In this document: positions 1-13,244 of the stretch, piece after piece
Position numbering within the stretch: position 1 is the stretch's first letter
Layout: each line of letters opens with the position of its first letter
Assembly: GCA_964016885.1 (NCBI GenBank)
Contig: OZ024742.1
Location: 60,822,001-60,886,000 of the forward strand
Source: Eledone cirrhosa
Lineage: Eukaryota
Reading direction: 5' to 3'
DNA length: 64,000 bases
The notes under the pieces: generated by a model
The model's input: the letters and a program-made list of their open reading frames with translations, nothing else
Told to the model about the DNA's origin: nothing
Databases searched by the model: none
Made by a program: the position numbers and the translations under genes

Positions 1-773
1 TTTATTTTATTAACCACATAAGAATGAAAGGAAAAGCTAATGTTGGCGAGATTTGAAATGTAAAAAGTCTTACCTATATGCCACTAACGACATTGATCGA
101 CGTTCTACCGACACTGCCAATCCAACGCCCACGACACCAGCACTAATAATACTATTGTTTAAGATCCACAATATTTCAAACATTTCTGAGCGAACTCCAG
201 CAACTGTTGTATAATAAACGGTTATACACATGGCTTGGAATAACAATAACGAGCACATATTACACAAACTACGCTGGTGGGAACAATAATGACGACCATA
301 TATAACATATGACGCAACACGTAAACCTTTTAATTTCGATCAGCGGCGGTATTTAATCTCTATTTTGTTATTTATAAATTACTAGGTATTCAAACAACCA
401 ACGTTTGAAGAGCAATTAAGAAAATAAAAAGGAATATTTATGAAAACATATGAAGACATCACTCTAAAAAATCACTGTTAATTTTCTTTCCTGGCGTAAT
501 GTAAATGTTTAAATCTGTTCTAACTCCAACAAAGTCACAGCCACTAATAGTTCAGTTGTCAAAAATGAACAAGTGAAAGAAAGAAAGACTTGAAAGAAAG
601 AAAGAAAGAAATGAACAAGAGAAAGAAAGGGAAAACTGAAGGAAAGATAAAGGGCAAGAGAAAAAGGAAATATACAATTAACTAGGAAATGAATAATGAA
701 GAAAAAAAGGTTTCTGGAAAGGAAAGAAAGAAAGGAATGGAGAAATGTTGAAAAGGCAAAATGAGGATTTACA

Positions 774-812
<39 letters not shown>

Positions 813-1445
813 ATATTTTAAGAAATTGTTTATTGTTCTTTATTGGAAACTCGGGCGTGTTAAACAATGATTAATGAAATGAATCGAACTATTTTATAAA
901 TGGAATCTTATTTCTTTCCATCCACCTTCTCCCAATTTTGCACCCCACCTCTTCCTATGTCTCCTATTATAATTTTTAAATAATATATTTAAATCAATAT
1001 CGAACTGCATCTCTCCTTATCCCCACACAATTCAGCCATTACACCGTAATACCTAATAGGAAATTTACCAATGAGTAGAATTTTAGATTAAATTCCTATA
1101 GTGATGTTGCTTGAATTAATCGTGACTGCAAGTGCATTTAAAGTGTTCGTCATTTACATTTCTATATAATTTGTCTTTTGCTTTAACTTTTCCTTGAATT
1201 TATTTTATGGTATGATAATTGGTTTCCTTTTTACATTTCTATAGTTTCCAACGTTATAGGGAAACATTGTTTGACACAGCTAGATAATTAATATGGCTGC
1301 CAATTCGATATAAATATTGTAATACCTGCTGTTTCAATAATATTGAATACAAACGTCAGTTATAATAATATACCGTTGTAAACTTTAAACAGAAATAAAC
1401 ATAACATTGCACACACCATTTTGTATTAGAGTGTGCATTCATAAT

Positions 1446-1680
1446 TGGCGGTGCGTTAGCAGAGTCTTTAGGGCTTCGGATTAAATGTGTTGGTATTTAT
1501 TCTAGCACACAGCGCCATGAGTTCAAATGCCATGGAGGTCAAATTTGCATTTCTTATTGTCAGGATCAATAAATGATGTATCATTCCTTGGGCAGAGGAT
1601 TGGTAGAATTGTAAACCAGGCGAAAGGGACATTGTGCAGTGTCACTTCTGGTTCTGTACGTTCCGAGTTCAAATCTCTCC
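1446..1680 (+). mobile_element. Two adjacent degenerate tRNA-derived SINE heads
   Basis: A-box-like tagcagagtc / tggtagaattg and B-box gagttcaaat at ~1519 and ~1665; resembles the intact SINE at 42941. Confidence 0.55.
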
Positions 1681-2714
1681 CCTGTAGCCAGGAGATACAA
1701 TCAGCAGATGGTATCAACAATGAAACTCTGAATGGGGACGGTTTCCTTAGTCCATTGTGAAGATCAGCCACTCTTCATTTTTGCAGATTCACAGAGCCAC
1801 ATAGCTTTTGATTGCTAGATTCAACTTTCAGAGAAACGTTCAAGATCATTTGATATAGTATTGTCATACACTGGTAGAAGGCATACCTGTGTGGTTAAGT
1901 TCGCATTTCATGCATCGTTTTGGGGTTTTAATATCCCCACATTGTCTCTCGGTGAAGTGTTTCTGCTATAGCCACGGCTCCACAAAATGTTTGTGACACC
2001 AATGAGGTCGACGAAAACTGTCTAGAAACTAGATGGCACCAAAGAGCAGTCACAGTCAGAAAAGAAACTACGTTATGGATACACGTGTCTATGAAATACT
2101 GAGCGACTTACAAATTTATTTTAGGACTTAGCAATTCTGTTCATTGAACTACTAGATCCAATGGTGGCTTCATTAAACGATCAGCAGAAGATATATTCCC
2201 CAGAAAAACATGGCAAAAGAAACCCCAACTGGTATAATCATAAACGAATTCTCCAATAATTAATCCATAAAGTTATGTTTATATCATTTGATTTTCAATG
2301 ATTTGGGGTTGGAAATACTCAACAGCCATCTTATAAAACGAAATAACTGATTTTATGCATAATTAATTGAACCAGCACACCTGTTCCCATGATCATGTTA
2401 TTGAAATATTTATGCAGAGATAACAATACTAATATAATATTTGTCCTCGCTATTCATATTTTATAAATAATAAAGAATTACATTGCTACACATTTATTGC
2501 TTTCTGGGATCCCTTAGTTATAATTCACATGTCGTTAGTTTAAAAACTTTTCACTAGAAAATCACACCAAATTTTTCACATTAAAATATAAATGTCAAAA
2601 TATATCACAGATCTGATATAATCTAAAGATAGAGAAAACATATTATTATCTACGAAGCTCCTTGTAAAAGCCGCCCAATCTCCATCAAATTACAACGAAA
2701 CTCCTTAAGATGTG

Positions 2715-2860
2715 AAGGCGCGTGGACTAAGGTTTAGGTAACGTTTCGGTTTGATTCCTGGACCGGGATGTGTTATGTTCTTGAGCAGAACACTCCATTT
2801 CAGGTTGCTCCAGTGTACTTAGTTGAAAGTGGGTACCAGTATTTGTTGGCCGTTTTACCC
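2715..2860 (+). mobile_element. Degenerate tRNA-SINE of a second family
   Basis: ggcgcgtggactaaggttagg-like A box, ggtttgattcc B box, then ttcttgagcagaacac...gttgctccagt...gggtacc body. Confidence 0.45.
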
Positions 2861-3076
2861 TGCGATAGAGTAGTACATCTTGACCAAAGAAATAGTAAAG
2901 TAAAATGTGAAAACTTCTCTTGATAAAAATACTCCGTCAGTTACCATATACCTATCAACTGTTCATACACTTATTGATATCTATGACGTGGAGTATATGC
3001 CTGGTTGGACTTATAGTTCGTTGATTCCTTAGATCAACCAGCACCGATTTAAACACAAATATATATATATATATTT

Positions 3077-3420
3077 ATATCAACTAGAAATAGATTAACA
3101 TATATATATATATAAAATAAACATATGAAACAATCACAGGGAATAATTTGTAAAGAATGTAAGCACACATAGATTAATCATTTTAAAAGATATCTATATT
3201 TGAAGTTCTAGTTAAACTTTAATTAGTTACCTACCTAGCTATGTGTGCATACATTCTTTACAAATTATTCCCTGTGATTGTTTCATATGTTTATTTCATA
3301 TATATATGTCAATCTATTTCTAATTGATATGTAATGCTCGGATCTAATCTTTGAGCTTATTCTACAGTGGATATGGCGCATGTCTCTCAGACATGACAAC
3401 CCTTAATTTTAATTTTGGAT
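3077..3420. mobile_element. Fold-back insert family A, copy 1 (probable PLE pLTR remnant)
   Basis: Inverted arms ~3077-3172 / 3239-3330 plus one-sided tail 3331-3420; (TA)n both sides; homologous to 23855-24091. Confidence 0.7.
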
Positions 3421-3629
3421 AAATATATATTTATATATATATATATGTGTGTGTGTGTGTGGGTGTGTGTTTGCGTGCGTGCGCGCGCGCGCGTGTGTGT
3501 GCGTCTAAAATAGATGGCATATTAATGGGAGTTTAGTTTTATTTTACTTGTTTTAAAACTTTATATTTTTCCGTTGGGAAAAGTGTATTAAATGAATTTA
3601 TTTGTGGCTATATGTGGTAATATAATATA

Positions 3630-3685
<56 letters not shown>

Positions 3686-3692
<7 letters not shown>

Positions 3693-3916
3693 ATGCGTTG
3701 GGAGGGTCATGTTGCCAATAAGAAACACACGCACCAGTTGATTTCACCTCAATTTATTATAAATTAAATTTATAAATTTAATTTATAATAAATTGAAGTG
3801 ATGGCAACTGGTGCGTGTGTTTCTTATTGGCAACATGACCCTCCCAAAGCATAACAATATGGGTTTCAACACACGTTTTCAGATAAAGAATCTTGCTAAA
3901 CAAATTCAGAAACGAT
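3686..3916. mobile_element. Fold-back insert family B, copy 1 (PLE pLTR end)
   Basis: Near-perfect palindrome 3686-3859 centred at 3772/3773, tail 3860-3916; terminus atgaccctcccaa..ataacaat shared with the coding PLE ending at 22246. Confidence 0.75.
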
Positions 3917-3976
3917 ATATATATAGAATAAGGAAAAACGAAGTAGTTTCAGATGTTCAAGTCCTTTAATAATAAT

Positions 3977-4050
3977 GCTGTGATATATATTTCAATGACG
4001 ACACTGGCCACACTGTTCTGTGTGCGAGTGTCGTGTCATCATCAGACAGC
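3977..4050 (-). ncRNA. Type I hammerhead ribozyme (family C), long stem II
   Basis: Minus strand: gctgt CTGATGA [45 nt, acgacact/agtgtcgt hairpin] GAAA tatata TC acagc; stem I perfect, palindromic stem III. Confidence 0.75.
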
Positions 4051-4665
4051 TTGTTACATAATAAGGTTATGAATCGACATGGGAACGGATGAAGTTCGTG
4101 CTTTTGGGTTTTTCATCCGTTCCCTTGTGAGTACCAAATCACCCCCACCGGTCTGCGCAAGCGCATGTCCGAAGGAAGTTGACCATTAGCCACCGCAGAT
4201 TTCAACGAAATTTGCTGTCAGTTCACCCTCTCAGCCAAAACTCTTACTCTTAACTTCCAATGTAAAACCATGGTACCTAGAATTAAGTTTATTTTCCCTT
4301 ATGAGTTGATGGTCAGTCTTACTGTCAACGCTTAGTGAAAGGTAGTATTATGACCTATAAAAACTAACACACTCCCATCCCCTCTGGCTTTCGGCTGATT
4401 TCCACAGTCGTGATGGGTAGCAGTAAACTTTGGTAGGGCATAGGTGGGCCATTGTTTTGGCTGAGAGGGGGAACTGACAGCGAATTTCGTTGAAATCTGT
4501 GGTGGCTAATGGTCAACTTCCTTCGGACATGCGCTTGGGCAGACCGGTAGGGGTGAATTGGTACTCACAAGGGAACGGATGAAAAACCCAAAAGCACGAA
4601 CTTCATCCGTTCCCATGTCAATTCAATTTGGATTGCCTCGGAAACATAACCTTATGATGTAACAA

Positions 4666-4739
4666 GCTGTCTGATGATGACACGACACTCGCACACAGAA
4701 CAGTGTGGCCAGTGTCGTCATTGAAATATATATGACACC
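4666..4739 (+). ncRNA. Mutated mirror copy of the family C hammerhead
   Basis: gctgt CTGATGA ... GAAA tatata TG acacc; cleavage-site base is G and stem I has a mismatch. Confidence 0.55.
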
Positions 4740-4962
4740 ATTATTATTAAAGGACTTGAACATCTGAAACTACTTCGCTTTTCCTTATTCGATATTTACT
4801 CCGTCACTCCTATGTGGAAAAAGTACGTTGAGTGCTTGAATTGAATTGCATCAAGGTTTACCCTAATATATATATATATATATTTCATGATACACAGAGC
4901 GGGTCGAACGCGTGGTGTTATTTCTTCGACGGCCGACCCCTGTATGTATATATGTATATATA

Positions 4963-5129
4963 TGACAAAGAGGGTGTGGTAGTACTCAATACTTAGGGTA
5001 GTAGAGTGGGTAATAAGAAAAGAGTCAAGACCCCGACGGATGAGCTCGCGCTGTTTCGACAGCTAGATCCGAACTCGCATCTACCTGTCGAAACGGCCGG
5101 AGCTCAGCCGTCGGGGTCCTGACTCTTTT

Positions 5130-5131
<2 letters not shown>
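4963..5131. mobile_element. Fold-back insert family D, copy 1 (Naiad pLTR end)
   Basis: Arms ~5017-5066 / 5078-5131 (gaccccgacgg...ccgtcggggtc), left tail, ends tttcc|(TA)n like the Naiad at 46604. Confidence 0.75.
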
Positions 5132-5184
<53 letters not shown>

Positions 5185-5222
5185 GTGTGTGTGTGTGCGT
5201 GTGTATGTGTGTGTGCATTCAT

Positions 5223-5289
<67 letters not shown>

Positions 5290-5711
5290 TGCATGCATAT
5301 ATACATTGATATTTACATAAAAAGCTATGTATGTGTGTGTGTTTGAATATATGGGGGGGGGGGGGGCTTGTGTGTATCTGTGTGTGGGATTTACATTTAA
5401 ACTCTATGAATCCTTTTGAAAAGTTTTGATAGGTCTAATCGTGACTTGAATTCATTTAATTACAAACAAAACTCCTGAATGTCAAAGCACAGTATTCTCT
5501 TTAGAAATTACGTATGAAGAATGAATGGACTTTTCTTTTGATTTCCATAATCAATTAGACAAGGTAGCATCCGGTGATTATATAACTGTGTAATTGGTTA
5601 CATAATCGATTAGTAACATCCGGGCATGTTTAAGTTAAGGTGGGTGCTTATTCACTTACACGACTTTTACAAGGTAACATATAATAAAATAAGCTACTTT
5701 TGACGTTGAAC

Positions 5712-6040
5712 GTCATCATCATTATCGTCATCATCATCATTAACATCAGCATCATCATCAACATCATTTTAACCACCATCATGATCATCATCATTATGCT
5801 CATTGTAATAATAATCATAATAATCATCCCCATCATCACAGTCGTTATAATCACCATCAACATAAATATCGCAATCACAATCATCATTACCATCTTTATC
5901 ATCTTAAACATTATTCTCATCAGGTTCATCACTGTTTGCATCACTGCCACACTCATTATCATTGTCATCACCATTACCATAAATTCTACCTCCACCATCT
6001 TCGCTAATATTACAACGACCAACGATATCATCATAACCTT
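5712..6040. repeat. Degenerate (ATC)n low-complexity tract
   Basis: atc/att/acc triplet mosaic; source of spurious poly-I and poly-M ORFs. Confidence 0.85.
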
Positions 6041-6840
6041 ACGACGCATTTACACAAACATCGTTTCCTGCCTTTAAATTAATTAAGACAATACACTCAG
6101 TTGGTCCCATGTTTAACATTATGTAACACTGTTCAAAGTGTTAAATCAATATGACTGTTGTATTATTGTATGTCACATCGGATGAAATGATGTGACTGGA
6201 TAGAAAAGTACAAAGGGACATCAGATTAGAAGTAACTATCCTATAACAGTCTAGAGCAAACCTAGCAGTAAGGCAACTTCAATAACAAAGGTGACAACAT
6301 TAACGACAACACAGGAATGTTGTTAAGAATGAATGTGCAGTTAAGGAGTTTGCTTCGCAAACACGAGGTTCCAGTTTTATTCTCACTGCGCAGCACCGTT
6401 GTCTCGTATGTTCTGCATTTCTTAGGGAATTTTAGTTCATAGAAATTGTAGAAACGTGTCGTATATATGTATATATATGTGTATGTGTGTTTGTGTGTGT
6501 ATGTGTATGTGTGTGTGTGTGTTGGTGTGTGTGTGTGTGTTTGTGCGTGTGTGTGTGTGTGTGTGTGTGCATATATATATATTGTATAATATCTAAAGAT
6601 TAGGTCCAAGTGTGTATCAACCTGCTTGTATTTTCATCGTTGTGGTGGCTTCTGTGGTATTCTCCACTTTTTCGAAAACAACAGTTTTCAATTTGTACAC
6701 CTTTAATGTATGTTTATTACACTGAGATTTAATTTATCCATTTATCGATATCAGGACATTGATTTCTTCGTACAAGCTTCCGAATATAGTTCTTTCGCGA
6801 GATGCTAGCCGATGCTGCAACGATTTTACTCACATTATTG

Positions 6841-6914
<74 letters not shown>

Positions 6915-6917
<3 letters not shown>

Positions 6918-8030
6918 TATATAAAACTGTAGTTGTCCGTGTGTGTGTCCTCATTTTTGCTAAGTCTATACAAATCCACATTTCTATTCCGATTGATTTC
7001 AATATTAACTGCAGCTTTTATTTTTCAGTTTTCTGTTGTTAAAGGGGTGTTAGGCGCTGGTTATCTATCTCCGTCGCCCCCTTATAATATCTGTCTGTAT
7101 TACGACATCATGACAAACATTGATGACGTATTATGTTCGCTATTTTGCGTTCATTGCCAGAGAACGTCTTCGCGAAGCAAAGTATCGTCTTCCCGTTTTC
7201 CTTCGGTTGCAACGTTTTTCGTAATCTTTACTTCTGCGTTCACAGATTGATTTTTTTAGTTTCAGAAGATCCCGTTAAGGGTGAAAGCAGCGATTCTTTG
7301 CTTAAACTTTAATCTGTTATTTTAATATATAATATAAGCGAGCCAAGCCAGCTCAGTTGCCACTTCTTGCCAATAAACAATAACCCTTTGTGCGCCATTC
7401 ATCTAACTGTAGACCAACAAATACCAACTAAACGGAGCGTTGATAAGAACGATGGCAAATGTATCTTCGAGGTAAGCAGTTTCCTCCCGAGCTGTTAGGT
7501 CACGCGGAATTCTCTACTACACCTTTTCGTAATAATACCGAACAACGTACTGCTGGTCACTCCTTCCTCCAAAACCGTACAAAGCGGACATGTTCATCGG
7601 GCAGATCGATCGTGTGCAAATCTACACCAGGTCTACGCGATAATTTCGCAAGTGACTGCACCGAGAGGGATAGAGAGAAAGAGTAACTTAGTGAAAAGAG
7701 TGCGAATGAACTTTTGAGGTAAGTAGCCTACGCCTTACTGCTATTGCACTGTAACCCTCTGCCAACTTAACCTGTGACTTTCTCTTTCACATTTACTCCA
7801 AAAGGTCAAAACAGAGGAGTATGAAAAGAAGGGGCTCAACAATATTTCCATGAACAATGCACGTAGACAGCTAAACTGTACTTTCAACTTCTTAATTTTC
7901 TCCAAATGAAACAAGTTTCCTGTCGGTATACTTTCGTGAGTTTTTAACAGGCACTCAGAAATAAACGTTTCTCATTGGAGGTGCCATTACCAATGTTCTT
8001 ACTCGTGCAACGCCGGGATACACTGCTAGT
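6915..8030 (+). mobile_element. Non-autonomous Helitron-like element
   Basis: 5' tatatataaaactgtagttgtccgtgtgtgtg; 3' cgtgcaacgccggg...ctgCTAG|t; internal block cgtcg-cccttataatatctgtctgtat shared with the 18255-20080 element. Confidence 0.6.
7125..7328 (+). mobile_element. Family F repeat (pLTR-like)
   Basis: Highly similar to 15446-15648, 18048-18250 and rc of 15140-15290 and 19578-19695; all end at ctgttattttaat. Confidence 0.75.
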
Positions 8031-10574
8031 ATATATATATAATGTACAAGTTGTCCCATAATGATGTGACACATCTTATATGCACTCCGATGAGCCATTT
8101 TTCTGTAGAAGGATATTTGTTTAAATATCACAAATGGGGGATATCCATCTTTTTATAATTCATGTATTGGACAATTCATGAAATTCTAAACGGAAATCTG
8201 TACCTTTTTTCATTAATATCTTCTATATTTTGAAATAGAATATTAATTAATTAAAAGCATTGAAGATGTAACTACTTTAGAAATGCTTGTGCCACATATT
8301 GATTAGACAACAATTATATTTGATACTCCAATTTCTCCAAGCAATTAAGATGTAATGAACATTTTAATGTTTAATATGCATTGGTTAAAATAATGGATTC
8401 TTAGGGACTCTGAACGCTACTTTCTGACACACTTACTCGGCTATTGAGATGGCTATGACATTACAGATTAAAATATTTATAGCGAGATTTGTATGCGTTC
8501 ATTGTGCATAAACATATCGTGTATATATATACATATATATATATGTGTATGTGTGTGGGTGTGTGGGTATATGAGTGTGTGTGTATGTGTGTGTGTGTAT
8601 GTGTGTTTGTGTGTGTGTGTGTGTATGTGTGCGTATGTGTGTGTGTGTATATGCGTGTGTGTGTGAGTAGTAATTGGATTGCGTTTGCAGGCAGTATGCC
8701 AAGATGAGCACTCTATGCTATTGGAGAACAGAGTATCAATAATAATTTGGGACCAAAGAATTAGTGTTGCATCATATACATATTTAATCACATATTACAT
8801 GTGTTTCACTGCCGATCAACTCGAGGAACTCTGGAATCGAAACCTACTCAGGTATGTGCTTTCACATGTACAATCACATCCAAATGTTATTGAATTATTA
8901 GACACCTGATTTTTTTTATTTTGGGTTCCAACAAATATAATTATATATATATATAATTATATTCAAAACAACGAACAGCGGAGGACACGTTTCGCACCTT
9001 TCCGACAGACAACCTTTCCCCCACCCCGGAAAAAAACCCTAGTTGTTATTTTTTTTTTTTATCCTTTACACGTCTTATACACGCCACGCATCTCAACTTA
9101 CACCCACTTACATCTCTCTCTCCACCACTGGATCTTGTTACTCGGAGATTTACCCATTTGCATTGTCGAGGCTTCCAAACGACTTAAAGAAATTTGCCTT
9201 ATTATTCTAGAATGCTTCAAGCAAACTTCAATACTCTTTTATATATATATATAATTTAGGCGCAAGGGTGGCGATTTTGATGAGAGTGGAAATTCCATTA
9301 TATCGATGACTACAGAATTTGTACATTATTTTATCAACCCCTATAAAACGAAAGGCAAGTTTGAGCTTCGTGAAGATTGAATGTAAAGGGCTGTAACTAA
9401 ATTCCATTAGGTGTTTTGTCTGAATGATGATATAAATATGATAACGATAATGAGGATAATAATGATAATGATAGCGATATTGATGATAATTATAAAAGTA
9501 ATGATGATAATTATAAAAATATCGCTGATAATATTAATATTATTAGCAACAACAACATAAATGAAATACTCCGCGATGTGGAAAACAATGCTTGAACATA
9601 AATTGAAAACTGAAATCTGATTAGAACGAAATGTTTTATGATTAAAGTCATACTGTATGGTAGATTGCGGTTTGTTACCATAAAACATGATGGTGTCTTC
9701 TGTTTTAGCGGTTGATTTTTAAAATTTCTTCTTCGTTTTTTTTTTACTTTTATAATTTAATAATACCGTTGTCATCTCTATTCGAAAATTTGTTGTTGCT
9801 TCATCATTTAAATTCAGCAGATAAATTTAACACCTTGTAATGATGAAAGATTTGTGAAGTCTTCAATACTTAATCATATTTAAAAAAATATTATTTCATG
9901 CAATCTTTTTCTCATTCTTTTTATTTAATGTCTTCTGCCTTTTCCTTTTACCTCTTCATAACACGATCTACGAGCAAATATCTATAAATGGTTCATAACT
10001 TATAGCTTCTTCGTGTTTAATTCAAGGTCTCATATGCAGGGTCTTTTTTTAGATATATCGACGAAAGTCCAAGGAAAATGCGAAACCATATAAAGAACAA
10101 ATGATAAATACAAAACAAACAATACGCTTATATATAAATTAAGATGATGATTGATAGCGTACACAATTGCTATCATTTTTTATTGCTGCTGTTAATTTAT
10201 GTAGTGTAACCATAGGCTATCTTTGGCCCAGTTTCATGAGACGTTGAGCGTACTAACTATAAAAGACTCCTCAATGATTAAAAGGACACCGATACTTTCC
10301 AATCAGTACCAACAGAAGTAGCTGTCTGTACTAACATTTTAATCTAAGAAAATTGTAACAGCTTACAGTAAAGGGCCTTGATCAAGAATGTAACTCGCCT
10401 CTTTAACAACTAGGCCATGCACCTTCAGCATGGTTGCGTTTTTAATAGATTCATTTGTTTATTCATGTTATTTTATAGCGGAAACGAGTGCAATTGAGAC
10501 GAGAGAATACGGTGTAATGCGGTACAATATAATAAATCAAGTAGAAAACAAAACGAATCACACCGAGGTCTCCG

Positions 10575-10640
<66 letters not shown>

Positions 10641-10648
10641 CGTGTGTG

Positions 10649-10699
<51 letters not shown>

Positions 10700-10789
10700 T
10701 GCGTGTGTGTGTGTGCGTGTGTGTGTGTATGATAACGTTATACCTGTATATATACGGAGCGGGAAACACACACTACGCCAATGTATATT

Positions 10790-11460
10790 TCAATGTACAT
10801 AATTTTAATATAAAGACGTATAAACATGCTAGGAATAGGAATTTCTCCGTAATTTGATAAAATGTAAACACCTTTAATCGTGTTCCAGACCTTGAAGGGT
10901 TTTTTATGAGAAGATGGGCATATCGTCTAAACACCCACGAGGTAGCACGTATTTGATGGGATTATATACTCGTTCACTCTAGTAGAATTCTGAAATGGAC
11001 GTACATATCTTCATATAACTAGCGCTCATGTTGTTTATTGAGATATGTGTTATGAGCGCTAAGGAATCGAAGTGTACGATAAACTTATATGCGTTTATAT
11101 ACAGTGTGGGTAACCTAGACTGCGCCCAAGTTTACATTTAGACACACATTTTTTTTTATATGGAAATTTAAAACATGATAAATACCTTTAATCGATTGTT
11201 AGACCGAGCTGGTTTGTCATACGAATATGTGTATATATTTTAAACAACTGCAAAGAAACGCGTATAAAAAAGGTTATATAACCATTCGCTTTTAGTAGTA
11301 TTCTAAAATGAACAAAGTAACATGCATATAAGTAGTCCATGTTAGTGGTTAATTAAAATGTATATTACGAAGTGCACTAGCAAGCCTAAGTGTACAATCA
11401 ATAACATTTATATCTGTGTATGTACAGTATGGGTAACCGATACTGTGCCAATGGTTATAT
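10790..11460. repeat. Diverged tandem duplication of a ~320-360 bp unit
   Basis: Repeated anchors cctttaatcg, ccagac, tagtagaattct/tagtagtattct, aagtgtac, tacagt.tgggtaacc; an inverted piece at ~11635-11700. Confidence 0.55.
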
Positions 11461-11498
11461 AAATAACCCATCTTTCTGGTTGTTTAGATGATATACAC

Positions 11499-11543
11499 AT
11501 CTTCTGATGAAGACACTACAAGCTCTGAAAATCGATTGAAGAT
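11499..11543 (+). ncRNA. Degenerate minimal hammerhead motif
   Basis: atctt CTGATGA agac-actacaa-gctct GAAA atcgat TG aagat; stem I pairs, but the cleavage base is G. Confidence 0.45.
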
Positions 11544-12268
11544 ATTTATCATTTTCTTTCAATTTAGGAGAAAATTCTTATTTCTGACATGTTTATATAT
11601 CTATATATTTAAAACATATGTACATTTATATACACATCGGTGCAGTCTCGGTTACCCAATTCGCATATACACATATATAATGGTATCGTACACTTTGTCT
11701 GCTTTGCACACTCCTTTATATATATATATACATACATTTTAGTAACACATTTCTTTTGACGTAGCTTTTAGGTAGTAATAACACCACTCAGTAATAATAT
11801 ATTAAAAGATTCATAGATTGATTTCTTAGGGAATTATATTATATAAATTGTCTGCCGTGGAAAATATACAGTCTACTGGCGATGTTTTGTGCAGAGAGAT
11901 TCAATGAAGGCAATCTAGATACATTGATGGAAGTTATGGTGTTATTCAAGTACATGAAATGATGTTTGAAGGATTGGAACCCGATATTTTCTTCTTAAGT
12001 TGCTTTTTCGTAAGATGTTATTGGTATAATTTCGTTGCTGCTGTATTTTGTGTTATGGATTTTTGTATATTAGATACGTCTCGATCACGTCAGAGATCTT
12101 TCTTTTTTAACGCTTCACTGAATTATCGTTCCTGTTTGAAGCAATGAGCTACTTTTAGTATGGAGACGACGCTTCCATCAATATGTATTATGTAAAATTT
12201 TGTCTATCGTAAATCTTGTACTTCAAACGATAAATCACGTAAAGAAAACTAAACTCATTTTATCTACA

Positions 12269-12341
<73 letters not shown>

Positions 12342-13061
12342 TATATAAATATATATATATATTATGTGTGTGCATGTGTGTGTGTGTATGCTTATATACA
12401 TGAATAAATAAATACATACATACATTTGTGTGTGTGTGTTTTTGAATCAGAACATTGGAATTATGTGCAACAAAATATTCCTTTATTTGACTAGACGACG
12501 GTAATTGTATATGAGAAGAAAATATCGTAGACTATTTATCCACTGTGAAATACTGTTACATAATGTGTCTACTAATGATCAATGAAAAGGAGAAATAGCA
12601 GTTGCAATCTTCACTCATTCGTCAGCATATTTCAGTTGAAAAACATTGTCAATATTTTCAATTAATTCTGAAAATAATAAAACATTTTATAGGAATTTTG
12701 AAATATATATATATGAACCGTAGAAAATCACATGGTTCGCTGATCACGTAACTTATTTTAGAGCCGCAAGGATCCTGTCGTGACAAGCAGTGTGTCCTGT
12801 CCATTTTGAGTTCTTTACCCTCAGGAAGAGCAGAAAAATAAGAAGCTCGACATATTAAACACTTGCATATAACTACTGTGTGTGATGAATACATACGTTA
12901 TGATTTTCTTTTGTAATTTTTTTTTGTTTATGTGAATCTTCCAGTTGAAATAACATTATTCGATCAACGGAACAGCATGCTCGTGAAATTAGCGTGCGTG
13001 TGCCTAATCATTTCACAGACACTTGTGCTCTTAACCTAATCCTCGGGGAAATTGATAATTG

Positions 13062-13244
13062 TTTCTACTATTGGCACAAGGCCAGAAATTATCCAGTACA
13101 TTACTGGTACTTTATTTTATCGACCCCGTAAGGATGAAAGGCAAAGTTAACCTCGGCGGGATTTGAACTCAGAATAGCAAGGGCCGTAACTCTATGCATC
13201 AAAACATGGCGTCCGACCCTCTACCGATACTGCCAATCCACCCC
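13062..13244 (-). mobile_element. tRNA-derived SINE with ~22-bp target-site duplication
   Basis: rc of the 42941 SINE; flanked by aatcctcggggaaat(t/c)gataat on both sides. Confidence 0.9.

Larger units (their letters stand above)
3924..4866. mobile_element. Fold-back insert family C with hammerheads in both arms
   Basis: ~320-bp inverted arms (~3924-4240 / ~4455-4791), tail to ~4866, (TA)n flanks. Confidence 0.8.

Noticed and set aside
1523-1771. Overlapping 77-82 aa ORFs as a host exon
   Set aside because: The region is made of decayed SINE heads.
3077-5131. Fold-backs as MITEs or Foldback DNA transposons
   Set aside because: Asymmetric ends, variable fold points, hammerheads and homology to PLE 3' ends favour a retroelement origin.
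8800-10520. Possible micro-exons (cag|gtatg at ~8851; ttttatag|cgg at ~10478)
   Set aside because: Only one good splice site each and no recognisable peptide.
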